IMG/VR virus record: IMGVR_UViG_3300021133_000001
Location: 64,001 to 128,000 of that record
Length of the DNA: 64,000 bases
Reading direction: 5' to 3' (one strand)
From: a virus
Lineage: Duplodnaviria > Caudoviricetes
Part shown: in pieces, positions 50,343 to 60,182 of the stretch
How the letters are laid out: each line of letters begins with the position of its first letter
How positions within the stretch are numbered: position 1 is the first letter of the stretch
The notes under the pieces: generated by a model
The model's database searches: none
Seen by the model: only the letters and a program-made list of their open reading frames with translations
What the model was told of the DNA's origin: nothing
Translations under genes and position numbers: made by a program

Positions 50343-51347
50343 TTAATTGTTCGTACTTGGAAAACCGAGATAAGTTAGAGGTCTTCCTTCAACACCAGCG
50401 GCGCTAGCGGCCGGGTGTAGTAAATTACCACCATACAGATCAACTAATGTAATATTGCTTTCATAAGAACCGTATACTCCTGTATCAGGTTTACCAGTTG
50501 TGCCACTGTTACCACTATAACTTAAATATCCAGATAATGGTGCGTTATGGTTAGTTGTATAGTTATATACAGTATTTTTTGTGAGATGATCAACATTTTG
50601 TGGATATGCTTTGTCATCAATAACACGAGCATTAAATCCATTACTACCTGTATTGAGAGGTATTAGACCGTCAACTTTATTATCATACACTTGATCACTA
50701 AAGTTTTCACGAGGTGCTTCTGGTTCAAATGTATATTCATAACGCTTACCTTTAATCGTCCATATATAATGACCTAATAATTGATTACGATCTCCACCTT
50801 TTTGATCAACACGCTCTGTTATTTCAAATATTTGACCCGATCTACCATTTGGTCTTGTTGCACCATACTCAACTAACTCTATTACATCCCCTGCTTTAGG
50901 TTCAAAATTGTATTGAGATGTTACACTACTTAAAGATGATGTTGATAGAGCGTTGGTAAACGTATTAATAGATATAACACCGGTTATATCAGCTTCACCC
51001 TGTAAACCGAACTTACTTAATATAATACTATCATTATTAAGTGTTATTGCCATTACCAAATTAAATGGTGGTAAGAATCCAGCTAGAGGTTGTTCACCGT
51101 AAAAGAAATCGTGGCCAGAAAGTGTATAATTGTTAACATAATAATATACAAGCATTCCGTATTGGCTTATTTGCTCGTTCCACCAATTATTAAATAATTG
51201 GATTTCATATGCATTAGTTGTAATGTCTAAATAACGCAAGTTTCCTATACTACAGGATGCAGCTCCAGGTATGTTTGTTCCGACTGGGTTAGTGGTACCT
51301 GGTGGTACATAAGGACCTGTATCCACACAATATTGCGATATTGACAT
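50343..51347 (-). CDS. Neck/head-closure protein (T4 gp14-like)
   Basis: EQISQYG..V.Y, FYGE, LSKFGLQ, PKAGDVI, IFEIT; start moved to ATG 51347 after TAAATA. Confidence 0.65.
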   Translation of the reverse strand: MSISQYCVDTGPYVPPGTTNPVGTNIPGAASCSIGNLRYLDITTNAYEIQLFNNWWNEQISQYGMLVYYYVNNYTLSGHDFFYGEQPLAGFLPPFNLVMAITLNNDSIILSKFGLQGEADITGVISINTFTNALSTSSLSSVTSQYNFEPKAGDVIELVEYGATRPNGRSGQIFEITERVDQKGGDRNQLLGHYIWTIKGKRYEYTFEPEAPRENFSDQVYDNKVDGLIPLNTGSNGFNARVIDDKAYPQNVDHLTKNTVYNYTTNHNAPLSGYLSYSGNSGTTGKPDTGVYGSYESNITLVDLYGGNLLHPAASAAGVEGRPLTYLGFPSTNN

Positions 51348-51402
51348 AAAAATATTTACAAAAAGTATAGAATTAATCTGTAATATACTAAATAATATTA
51401 TA

Positions 51403-52395
51403 ATGAGCAAATTAAAGAACCTATCCGATCTGGACTCTCTATATAATATGGTCCAAGAAAACGCTGCTAAAATGCCAGCTATTCAAAACGGTAACAAGCA
51501 GCCTGATATTCTTTTAACAGATGCGTCAATGTACTTACCTACATCCTCGAAGCAAGAAGCTCTTAATGAAAACGCCCCTAAAGTAGGAGAAGGTTTTGGT
51601 AAGAAAGAAGAAAAGCTAGCTAAAGGTACAGGTCCTGATGCAGCTGAAGGCTTTAAGAAGAACGAAGCTAAAGAAAAACAAGAAGCAGCTAAAGAAACAA
51701 AGCAAGAAGAAGGAGATATGGAAGCTGCAGAAAAGAATGAAGAAGCTCCTGAAAAAGAAAAAGTAGAGGAGACTGTAGATTCTAGTTCCAGAACTCCTAA
51801 ATATAATAAACAACATTTTACTATGCCTAAATCAAAATTCCAAAAACTATATGAGGACGCAGTTAATGGCGTGCCTTTCGTTGCTCAAGAAGAAGAACAA
51901 ATCGCTCCAGTAGAGCCAGCTGCTGATCATGAAGAACCAGCAATGGGTGGTCCTGAGGGTGATGAAGGTGAAGAAGCATGCTGCACGCATGAAGAAGCTA
52001 TCGAAATGGTAGAAAAACTTTTAAAGTTCCTTAAAAAGGATACAGCATATGATAAAGAACATGGTGATTTAGGTGATGAAGATCAAGCATTCACCGGTGG
52101 CGGTGAAGAAGAAGAGGGTGCAATGGGAGAAGCTGTTGAAGCTGAAGACCTAGGTCACCCGCTCGAAGGTGCTAAATCAGAAGAACTTAAAGACGGTCAC
52201 AAGATTCACAAAGTCGGTGGCGCTGGTGTAACTAAAGTTAAAGGCGCTGCAACTGAACAAGGTGCAAGCTTTAAGAATGAGCCAGCTCCTAAGAAAGAAA
52301 AAGAATCAGCTCACTTAAAAGACGGTCATAAATTACATACAGTAGGCAATCTTACACCTGACAAAGGTGAAGGTGCAAACATATTCACGAAGTAA
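51403..52395 (+). CDS. Highly acidic protein, possible prohead core/scaffold or internal head protein
   Basis: Glu-rich and low complexity; two LKDGHK.H.VG repeats; own TAAATA promoter and strong terminator. Confidence 0.6.
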   Translation: MSKLKNLSDLDSLYNMVQENAAKMPAIQNGNKQPDILLTDASMYLPTSSKQEALNENAPKVGEGFGKKEEKLAKGTGPDAAEGFKKNEAKEKQEAAKETKQEEGDMEAAEKNEEAPEKEKVEETVDSSSRTPKYNKQHFTMPKSKFQKLYEDAVNGVPFVAQEEEQIAPVEPAADHEEPAMGGPEGDEGEEACCTHEEAIEMVEKLLKFLKKDTAYDKEHGDLGDEDQAFTGGGEEEEGAMGEAVEAEDLGHPLEGAKSEELKDGHKIHKVGGAGVTKVKGAATEQGASFKNEPAPKKEKESAHLKDGHKLHTVGNLTPDKGEGANIFTK

Positions 52396-52417
52396 TTTTA
52401 AGGCATAGATAATTCAC

Positions 52418-52445
52418 AAAGCCCTTAGCAATAAGGGCTTTTTTT
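52418..52445. terminator. Intrinsic terminator between convergent genes
   Basis: AAAGCCCTTA-GCAA-TAAGGGCTTT followed by a T run. Confidence 0.85.
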
Positions 52446-52453
52446 ATGGCTAC

Positions 52454-54238
52454 TTAATAAGGTCTATCGTTTATAAACCTTTTATCTAACATACCAGCAG
52501 CTGGACTACCATGAGGCAATCTCCAGCCCTGTTCAAATAATTCATCCATATCAGGATTAGCATTACTCGGACCTTGAGATATAATAACAGGGTTACGTGC
52601 AGTAATATCCGGTTCTTTATTTTTATTAAATTTATTATACATCTCAGAAGGCTTTGGCATACTAACTACAAACGGGTCCCAATTGTTAGGTATCATATGT
52701 AATGGTTTACCATTGCTATCTTGCTGAGTCACTTCGTAAAATTGTTCTACTACTTTAGGGTCTAATATAAACATTGCCCAAATAAGAGCTTCTACTCTAT
52801 CATCCAAGTACTTGTCAGATTGTTTTTTCCATACTCCGTTTGGTTGGCGTATATACGTTTTAAACTCTTCTATAGTCTGCTTGTCATATAACTTGACACA
52901 CCTCAATACATTCATCCAGTACCTAAAATTAGCCATGGAGTTGAACTTACTGTTGGTATGAGAATAAACACCTAGACGGTTATCCTTTTCTACCTTTTCA
53001 GTAAACGAACCCATACTCGGGGTATACTTTACTATGTTGGGGTATTGGTGAGTATTAACTAAAGCATCTACTACTGAGGCTCCGCAGTTGTTACGCTCTA
53101 CTAATAATGGCGGGTTACCCCATTGACCGGCTATTTCTACGAGCCTCCCAGCAAAATTAAATGGGTCTAGTTTATTATTAGCGTATGTAGCTACTTGTTC
53201 TATGTTAGTTAAATCTGTAACATCCACTACTTGTATAACTGAGTTAGCTCTACCAATACCTTCGCCAACGTCAACCCCAATACTATAGAAGTGACCATCT
53301 ATATGATCTTTATATATTTTAAAAGTACCATCATCATCTTCATAAACGGGATCTGGAGCATTAGTTGTTAATTCGTCTAACTGATCTTTATCAAAAATGT
53401 TTTCACCTGCAGCTCTAAACTCGTTACCATACTCTTGGTTAAATGACTCTTCTGAACCAAGAGCTCTCATTGTCATTTCTTTCCATTTTTCATCTCTACC
53501 TGGAACCTCGTGCCAATCTACACGCTCATGGTGCCATCCATTTTTACCCGCTACTGCATCGGTATAAGTATTAAAGAAAAGATTACCCACACCGTTAGGG
53601 GTAGATAACATAAAGATTTTAGACTTCTTAGAGGATGAAATAACAGGAAATACTGATTCCCAAAAGTCGTCCATAAACTCTGGCGGAATAAATGCAGCTT
53701 CGTCCAAGAGTAGACAGTTAATAGACTCACCTCTAGCAGCATCAGACGTTGTAGTACTAATACCAATAGAGGAACCGTTCTCTAGTTCCATACCTTCTTT
53801 TGCGTAAGCCACTACACCTGGTTTCATATAGTTAGGTAGCATTTCGTACGCTAGTTTAATACGTTTAAAAATGTTTTTAGCAGTTTCCTGTTTATTAGCA
53901 ATTAGTAGTACTCTATAATCGTCATGAAAACAAATCATCCACAAAGCAAATATGGTTAAGATAGTTGTTTTACCAATCTGTCTAGAAGCTAATACAACAT
54001 TAAACCTGTTCTCTACCAACGCTTTAAGTACTCTCTTTTGAAAGTTATAAAGCTTAATTGGTTGCTTACCTTCGTCCAAACTAACAATGTAAAAGAAACG
54101 AGAAAAGTGTAAAATAGACTTGCGCGCTCTTTCTAGATCTTCCACCATCTCTGGTGTCCAATTAAATTGAGTTTCCGGCACGGGTAAGTTTTTATTACCC
54201 AAATAATACGTTGTCTGATCTCCTTTTGCTTTTGCCAT
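52454..54238 (-). CDS. terL: Terminase large subunit (T4 gp17-like)
   Basis: YLGNKNL, ASRQIGKTT (Walker A), LLLDEAAF (Walker B), STPNG, FNQEY, GVDVGEG, DDRVEAL. Confidence 0.95.
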   Translation of the reverse strand: MAKAKGDQTTYYLGNKNLPVPETQFNWTPEMVEDLERARKSILHFSRFFYIVSLDEGKQPIKLYNFQKRVLKALVENRFNVVLASRQIGKTTILTIFALWMICFHDDYRVLLIANKQETAKNIFKRIKLAYEMLPNYMKPGVVAYAKEGMELENGSSIGISTTTSDAARGESINCLLLDEAAFIPPEFMDDFWESVFPVISSSKKSKIFMLSTPNGVGNLFFNTYTDAVAGKNGWHHERVDWHEVPGRDEKWKEMTMRALGSEESFNQEYGNEFRAAGENIFDKDQLDELTTNAPDPVYEDDDGTFKIYKDHIDGHFYSIGVDVGEGIGRANSVIQVVDVTDLTNIEQVATYANNKLDPFNFAGRLVEIAGQWGNPPLLVERNNCGASVVDALVNTHQYPNIVKYTPSMGSFTEKVEKDNRLGVYSHTNSKFNSMANFRYWMNVLRCVKLYDKQTIEEFKTYIRQPNGVWKKQSDKYLDDRVEALIWAMFILDPKVVEQFYEVTQQDSNGKPLHMIPNNWDPFVVSMPKPSEMYNKFNKNKEPDITARNPVIISQGPSNANPDMDELFEQGWRLPHGSPAAGMLDKRFINDRPY

Positions 54239-54286
54239 TATATATACTTACTATGGATCTACTACTAGTCAAAAGTAAGTTATAGT

Positions 54287-54961
54287 ATGAAAAAGCTAAC
54301 TTTAACGGATAATAAATTTAACCCTATTGGATACTGGAGTGTACCTATTAAAGCTTTTGAAGATTTTCCTACTGCTGGGCATATGCCTGTATTACCAGGG
54401 CCTGAATTTTTAGAACTGTTCGATCAAGAAGGGTATGTTATGACAAAGTTAGAACAGTGGTACGCGTATGATAGTAAAGAAAATTTATCAACTCACTACC
54501 CGGATCAACAGTGTTTACGTAGACCGTGGATTGTACAAGAAGGTGTAGTGTTTGAAGGAGCTAACCTTAACCATAGCTTACTGTTTGAACGTAGAGGTTT
54601 TACTGGAAAAGCACTAGATAGACTTAAACTGTGGTCTGAATGGAATACCCAACTATACAAGCTTATTAAGTTAAAACCAAAATGGGGGTTAGATTTTTCA
54701 ATAGATTATACAGATAAAGAGGGTAACTGTATAGAAGTTTTACACTATGAACATGATGAATTTAGCTATGAAAAAATAGAAGAAAGAAGGCTCTTAGTTG
54801 AACCTCTTTTTTTAAATACTGATTGGGATGATGTAGCTAAACAAATACTAAAGCGTAAAGATGAATGGATTAATTTAGACATATTTGCACAAGGAGATTG
54901 GAAGTGTGCGTATTTAGGTATACCTACAGATAGTCAAAAAATGATTTCTTGGGAAACCTAA
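54287..54961 (+). CDS. Hypothetical protein
   Basis: 224 aa; preceded by TGGATC-N16-TAAGTT. Confidence 0.75.
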   Translation: MKKLTLTDNKFNPIGYWSVPIKAFEDFPTAGHMPVLPGPEFLELFDQEGYVMTKLEQWYAYDSKENLSTHYPDQQCLRRPWIVQEGVVFEGANLNHSLLFERRGFTGKALDRLKLWSEWNTQLYKLIKLKPKWGLDFSIDYTDKEGNCIEVLHYEHDEFSYEKIEERRLLVEPLFLNTDWDDVAKQILKRKDEWINLDIFAQGDWKCAYLGIPTDSQKMISWET

Positions 54962-54994
54962 TATAATTAAATAATACGTAAGTAATTGTATAAC

Positions 54995-56062
54995 ATGTTG
55001 CCTTCTGACAAGCTTACGTTTGAATATCACGATACTCTCAATCCTTTAATATGGGATGGAGGTACTATTAAACCGGAAATTAAAAATAAGCTATTAGAAG
55101 TTGCTGAAGCATTTTTAGAAACAGTAGAAATTCCGGTAGATGTAGAGGATATTACTTTAACTGGTTCTTTGGCTAACTATAACTATACTGAATATAGCGA
55201 TTTTGATTTGCATATTATAACAGATTGTAGAGATTATAATATAGACGAAGCTTTACTTAAAGATTATTTTAAGGCTAAAAAGACTGTTTGGAATAGTACG
55301 CACGAAATTAAAATTAAAAACTATGACGTAGAAGTATATATACAAGATATACTTGAACCTCATCATTCTACAGGTGTATATTCATTAAAAAACGATGCTT
55401 GGGTACATAAACCTCAAAAATCAGACCATATAGATAAAAAAGAGATAGCTAAAAAGGCTGAAGCAATGAGACATATGATTGACCATGCTTTGAGCGATAA
55501 ATGTGATTTGGAGTGTGCTGAAAATGTAAAAGATAAAATTTTAAAAACTAGACAGGCTGGTTTAGTTAAAGGCGGAGAATACTCTATAGAAAATTTAGCG
55601 TATAAAGAGTTAAGACGTACTAAAGATATTGATAGGTTAATACAAGGCGTAATAGCTAAAAGAGATAAAGAGCTATCTTTAAATCAAGAAGCTGAAACTT
55701 TTAAGACGTTTATGTCTCAACCAGGCATAACTAGCGGTAAAGGTAGTCGTGGTCCAAGACATCAATCTCCTACGGCGGGTATGAGCAAATTAACTAGGCA
55801 CGATACAAAATCGGTCAGTATTATTGCTAAGACTCACAGAGAGATGGAGACTCCTTTTCCTGAAATTGAAAACTTAAAAAAGAAACCACGTGGTAAAACA
55901 TATATTATACCTCAAACCGCTCAAGCAATTGCTCGTTTTTATAGTATGAATATGGATAAGGTAAATACCGAGCCTCGTGGTCTAAGTACTAGTGGCATTG
56001 TACTCGGTTTTGATCCAATTGTAAGAAGACACTATTTAGAAAAGAAAGAAAAAGGCAAATAA
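54995..56062 (+). CDS. Pol-beta-superfamily nucleotidyltransferase domain protein with C-terminal extension
   Basis: LTGSLANYNY...SDFDLH and DVEVYIQD; ATG at 54995 preferred over TTG at 54986. Confidence 0.75.
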   Translation: MLPSDKLTFEYHDTLNPLIWDGGTIKPEIKNKLLEVAEAFLETVEIPVDVEDITLTGSLANYNYTEYSDFDLHIITDCRDYNIDEALLKDYFKAKKTVWNSTHEIKIKNYDVEVYIQDILEPHHSTGVYSLKNDAWVHKPQKSDHIDKKEIAKKAEAMRHMIDHALSDKCDLECAENVKDKILKTRQAGLVKGGEYSIENLAYKELRRTKDIDRLIQGVIAKRDKELSLNQEAETFKTFMSQPGITSGKGSRGPRHQSPTAGMSKLTRHDTKSVSIIAKTHREMETPFPEIENLKKKPRGKTYIIPQTAQAIARFYSMNMDKVNTEPRGLSTSGIVLGFDPIVRRHYLEKKEKGK

Positions 56063-56673
56063 TGGCACTCGGACCTATAACACAACAGTCTATTCTTAAT
56101 AAAAGTAGAAAAGATAAATTTCTACTCACGTTAAACCTGCCTGACGCTCTTAAGAAGATTAATATATTAAATCAAAGCGACAGAACAAATGATGGAGTAT
56201 ATCTAGATTCTTTGCAATATTCGGTTTACGGTACAGTTGTACCCGCTACCGCAATAAATCCTGTCGATTTACCATTTTCCGGTCAAACTTTAAGCGTAAC
56301 TTCTAACAAAAGAGAGAAGTACCAAAACATTACTGTAAACTTTACAGTAGATAACAATTATAACAACTGGTGGGTATTATGGAAGTGGTTGGATTATATA
56401 AACGGTGTTACAAGTAGTACTATGGATCCTGATAACTTAACACAATTACCTCAAACACCAACTCAGTATGCAGGCTTAGCAAATCTACAGCCTTACCAAA
56501 CAAGTGTGGTGGTGGAGGGGTTGGATGAATATAATAATAAGAAAATCCGTTGGACGTATAGCAAAGCCTTTATTACAAATTTAACAGGCATAACTTATAG
56601 TTATAGAGATGCTGATCAGTTAGAGTCTTCATTTACGTTCTCGTTCAGCCAGTTGACTTCAGAATTACTGTAA
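56062..56673 (+). CDS. Tail-tube-fold protein (tail completion/terminator, gp3-like)
   Basis: VNFTVDNNYNNW..L.KW, AFITNLTGITY, F.FS C-terminus. Confidence 0.6.
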   Translation: MALGPITQQSILNKSRKDKFLLTLNLPDALKKINILNQSDRTNDGVYLDSLQYSVYGTVVPATAINPVDLPFSGQTLSVTSNKREKYQNITVNFTVDNNYNNWWVLWKWLDYINGVTSSTMDPDNLTQLPQTPTQYAGLANLQPYQTSVVVEGLDEYNNKKIRWTYSKAFITNLTGITYSYRDADQLESSFTFSFSQLTSELL

Positions 56674-56722
56674 AACAACAAGGTTTTCTCGCGGAAAAGC
56701 CTAAATAATAGTAAATACTACT

Positions 56723-59005
56723 ATGGCTACTTTACGTCAAATACAATCCCCTGGTGTACAAATTAATGAAATCGATCTAAGCCAAACAACAAGCGTACCT
56801 AATGGTACTAATGTGTTTATTGCAGGTTTTGCTGCTCAAGGTCCTGCTAATGAAATTATAAGCCTTACAACAGGTAACGATTTTACTAATATTTTCGGTA
56901 CACCTACTAATGCAGCCGAACGTTATTTTTATTATTCCGTACAACAACAGTTTAATGCAGGTACAAACGCTCAAGTAAGTGTTTATCGTTTACCTTATGG
57001 TGGTGGAATGGGAGATGGTTATGCAGCTAACAAATACAGTGCTTTAGTATTCCCAGTACTACCAGCTTTAACACCAAGCACAACTACAGCAGCTGCAGCT
57101 TCAACAACTACAGCATTCATGAGTGCAAGTACATATTATCTTGCAGCCCCACAACTTATTGAACTTTCTCAAGACGATTACGTAACTTTAAAACAAAACG
57201 GTATTAACTGGAGCACAACTGGCGGTGGTGCAGCTCCAACTATTAATAGTGTTGCTGATTTAACAGCAAACGGTATCGGTTTAGTAGTATTAAACGAATC
57301 TCAAACAACTATTAACGAAAAGTTTGAAGGTCTTTATTTAAATCTTGCTGACAATCTCAACTTAAACCCAACGACAGCAATGTCTGCTGTTCAAAACGTA
57401 TTCAGTATTACAGCTGAACAATCATCGTTTGGTTTAACCGGTGCTAATGTTTATCAAGAGATTCCATCAAGCCGTTTAAGCTTCCAATTATCAGCTACAG
57501 CAGCAGATCCAAAGCCAAGCGTTTCACAGTTAATCGAAAACATTCCACAATACGACATTTCAAATGTAGGTGGTACAGGCTTTGATGACTTAGCGATCGT
57601 TTCTCTTATTAAAGTAAGAACATCTCCTTTCGGTAATAACCCATTACAGTTATCATATAGCTTACAAGAAGGTTATGCTACATCGTTCTATGCTAACCGT
57701 ACAGTACAAGACAAAAACGGTGGTGCAGCTAAGAGCGACTTTATTGAAACAGTAATCAACAATACTTCACCTAACTTAACAGTATTCCTTAACCCTAACA
57801 TTTCAAACAATATTAAATGGTTAGACAATGACGGTAATGCTGCAAAACAAGTCAGAGTATTAACTCCTTTTAATCAAACAGGCAACTATAATGCAGCAAC
57901 TAGCCTATTCCCATTAGGTGTTTATGCTCCTTCGTTAGATACAACTAACGTAAAGACAATCGGTGATGTTGGTGCAAAACTTGATAACGCTTTAAGTTTA
58001 GCTGGTAATGCAGATGTATACAATATTGACGTTGTAGTAGACGGTGGTTTATCGACTGTTGCAGCTATTGCACAAACAGGCACATTTGATGATACAGCAT
58101 ACGGTACAGCAGTTCAATCTGCAGTAGACAATTTAACAGAATCTGATGGTAACTATACACCAGATACTATTGTCGGTACTTGGTCTCAAATTACTCAAAA
58201 GTTTGTAGACTTTACTACATTCCAACGTAAAGATTGTATCTTTATTTCTGACCCATTACGTCAAATTTTCGTACAAGGTGCAGACTTCAAGACATTAAAA
58301 GATCCTTCAACAAACTTCTCAAGCAACATTTACTGGCCGCTACGTAACTCCTATCAAGGGGTTAATACAAGCTATGCTACAACATATGGTAACTGGGTCA
58401 AAGTTATTGATTCATTTACTTCAAAAGCTACTTGGTTGCCATTCTCTGGTTTTGCTGCAGCAATCTATACAAGTAACGATGCAGTAGCTTATCCTTGGGC
58501 AGCACCTGCTGGTGCAAATCGTGGTACCGTAACTGGTATTGTTGATATTGCAGTTAACCCAAATCAAAAGCAGCGCGATTTACTTTACAAGATTGCAATC
58601 AACCCAGTAGTAAACACTCCTGGTGCTGGTTTCTCAATTCAAGGTCAAAAGACTTTATTACAGACACCGAGTGCATTTGATCGTATTAATGTTCGTCGTT
58701 TATTCCTCTTCTTAGAGAAATCAGTACTTAATACAAGCAAAGCATTCTTATTTGAACCAAATACAACGTTTACTCGTAACAGATTAACTAATACGATTAA
58801 GCCAGTATTTGAACTAGCTAAGAATACTCAAGGTGTTTACGACTACTTGATTGTATGTAATGATACAAACAATACTCCAGATATTATTGACGATAACTCG
58901 CTTGTTGTAGATATCTACATTAAGCCAGTACGTACAGCAGAATTTATCTTAGTAAACTTTTACTGCACTAAAACATCTCAAAACTTCCAAGAGCTATTAC
59001 AATAA
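56723..59005 (+). CDS. gp18: Contractile tail sheath protein
   Basis: SPGVQINEIDLS, FGTP, PWAAPAGANRG, GQKTL, FDRINVRRLFL, FEPN, IYIKPVRTAEFI. Confidence 0.95.
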   Translation: MATLRQIQSPGVQINEIDLSQTTSVPNGTNVFIAGFAAQGPANEIISLTTGNDFTNIFGTPTNAAERYFYYSVQQQFNAGTNAQVSVYRLPYGGGMGDGYAANKYSALVFPVLPALTPSTTTAAAASTTTAFMSASTYYLAAPQLIELSQDDYVTLKQNGINWSTTGGGAAPTINSVADLTANGIGLVVLNESQTTINEKFEGLYLNLADNLNLNPTTAMSAVQNVFSITAEQSSFGLTGANVYQEIPSSRLSFQLSATAADPKPSVSQLIENIPQYDISNVGGTGFDDLAIVSLIKVRTSPFGNNPLQLSYSLQEGYATSFYANRTVQDKNGGAAKSDFIETVINNTSPNLTVFLNPNISNNIKWLDNDGNAAKQVRVLTPFNQTGNYNAATSLFPLGVYAPSLDTTNVKTIGDVGAKLDNALSLAGNADVYNIDVVVDGGLSTVAAIAQTGTFDDTAYGTAVQSAVDNLTESDGNYTPDTIVGTWSQITQKFVDFTTFQRKDCIFISDPLRQIFVQGADFKTLKDPSTNFSSNIYWPLRNSYQGVNTSYATTYGNWVKVIDSFTSKATWLPFSGFAAAIYTSNDAVAYPWAAPAGANRGTVTGIVDIAVNPNQKQRDLLYKIAINPVVNTPGAGFSIQGQKTLLQTPSAFDRINVRRLFLFLEKSVLNTSKAFLFEPNTTFTRNRLTNTIKPVFELAKNTQGVYDYLIVCNDTNNTPDIIDDNSLVVDIYIKPVRTAEFILVNFYCTKTSQNFQELLQ

Positions 59006-59025
59006 CCTCAACATAAATATTTAAT

Positions 59026-59547
59026 ATGTCACAAACAATACAAGACTTCTACAGGGTAGCACAGCAAAGAGATTTCGCTCGTGACTACATGCTACGAGTA
59101 ACTTCTCTAGGTAATAATATTTTTAACGAAGACGATTTCGTATATATTACTACAGCTACTCTACCTTCAAGAGACATTCAAAATCAAACAGCTACCTATA
59201 TGGGTCTTGATTTTAACTTCCCCGGTACCGTAAAATACCCTGGTAGTAATGCTTGGACGGTTGAGTTTCGTGCTGACAAAGCTAGTCTTATCCGGCAGAA
59301 ACTCGAAGCTTGGCAAAGAGGTCAAGTATTCAATGATTTAACAAGTACTGGCGACTTATCAGTAAGAGGTCCTGAAGCACTTATCACTCTTGTACAAGTT
59401 GATGATAAGTTAACAGAGATCAACAAATACAACCTATACGGAGCTTATATCCAAAAGCTCGGTGAAGTAAAATATGATATTACTGGTACAGGTAAACCTT
59501 TAACGTTTACTGCTACATTAGCGTATCATTATTGGACCCAAGGTTAA
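59026..59547 (+). CDS. gp19: Tail tube protein
   Basis: Follows the sheath; ATLPSR...Y.G..F.FPG...WTVEF..D....IR..LE.W, F..TLAYHYW; followed by a terminator. Confidence 0.85.
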   Translation: MSQTIQDFYRVAQQRDFARDYMLRVTSLGNNIFNEDDFVYITTATLPSRDIQNQTATYMGLDFNFPGTVKYPGSNAWTVEFRADKASLIRQKLEAWQRGQVFNDLTSTGDLSVRGPEALITLVQVDDKLTEINKYNLYGAYIQKLGEVKYDITGTGKPLTFTATLAYHYWTQG

Positions 59548-59570
59548 TATCCAATAAAGTTTATATTATT

Positions 59571-59595
59571 AAACCCGGCGTAAGTCGGGTTTTTT
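59571..59595 (+). terminator. Intrinsic terminator after the tube gene
   Basis: AAACCCGGC-GTAA-GTCGGGTTT followed by a T run. Confidence 0.85.
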
Positions 59596-59619
59596 ATTGT
59601 TCTAAGCTTAAGTATTAAT

Positions 59620-60180
59620 ATGGCCTTGCAGGACTTCATTACAGCAGCTAATACATTAGGATTTGGAAAGAAATATAACTTCCAAGTTGCTGATATTAAA
59701 GGCGCGCCAGCAGGGATAGTAATAGGTGATTCGGTTTTGTTATACGTAGAAACTTTTACTTTACCTTCAAGAAAAACAAATATTACAACAGTACCTTATA
59801 AAGCGTTTGATTTTAATGTACCTACTAATGCAAGTTTTCCGGAATCTAGTAGATGGAGAGTAACGTTTTTTTCAGATGAAAACTTATTAATTAAAAATCT
59901 ATTCGAAAAATGGAGTAATTCTCTTTACGAACCAGTTAATAACTATAGTGACTCAAGTATATATGCAAATCCTGCTAATGCAGCAGATCTGTTTAACGGG
60001 CCGTTTGGAGATTGTGAATTAACTTTAGATTTAAAAAACGATAAAGACGTAACTGTTAAAACAATTACCTTACATGGGGTATTTCCAGTACTTGTAGAAG
60101 GTATTGAATACAACGTAGGAGATAACGGAGAAACAGTAGCTAGATTACCAGTAACATTAGCATTTCAATATTTTACATAA
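59620..60180 (+). CDS. Tail tube-like paralogue
   Basis: TLPSRK...W.VTF.SD...FEKW...GVFP...VTLAFQYF. Confidence 0.7.
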   Translation: MALQDFITAANTLGFGKKYNFQVADIKGAPAGIVIGDSVLLYVETFTLPSRKTNITTVPYKAFDFNVPTNASFPESSRWRVTFFSDENLLIKNLFEKWSNSLYEPVNNYSDSSIYANPANAADLFNGPFGDCELTLDLKNDKDVTVKTITLHGVFPVLVEGIEYNVGDNGETVARLPVTLAFQYFT

Positions 60181-60182
60181 TC

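Noticed and set aside
51348-51410. N-terminal hydrophobic extension (signal peptide) on the gp14-like ORF
   Set aside because: It is read-through of the AT-rich divergent promoter region and overlaps the opposite gene; ATG 51347 follows the TAAATA motif
52454-59005. Introns or inteins in terminase or sheath
   Set aside because: Both are continuous ORFs of ordinary length with no intein or homing-endonuclease motifs
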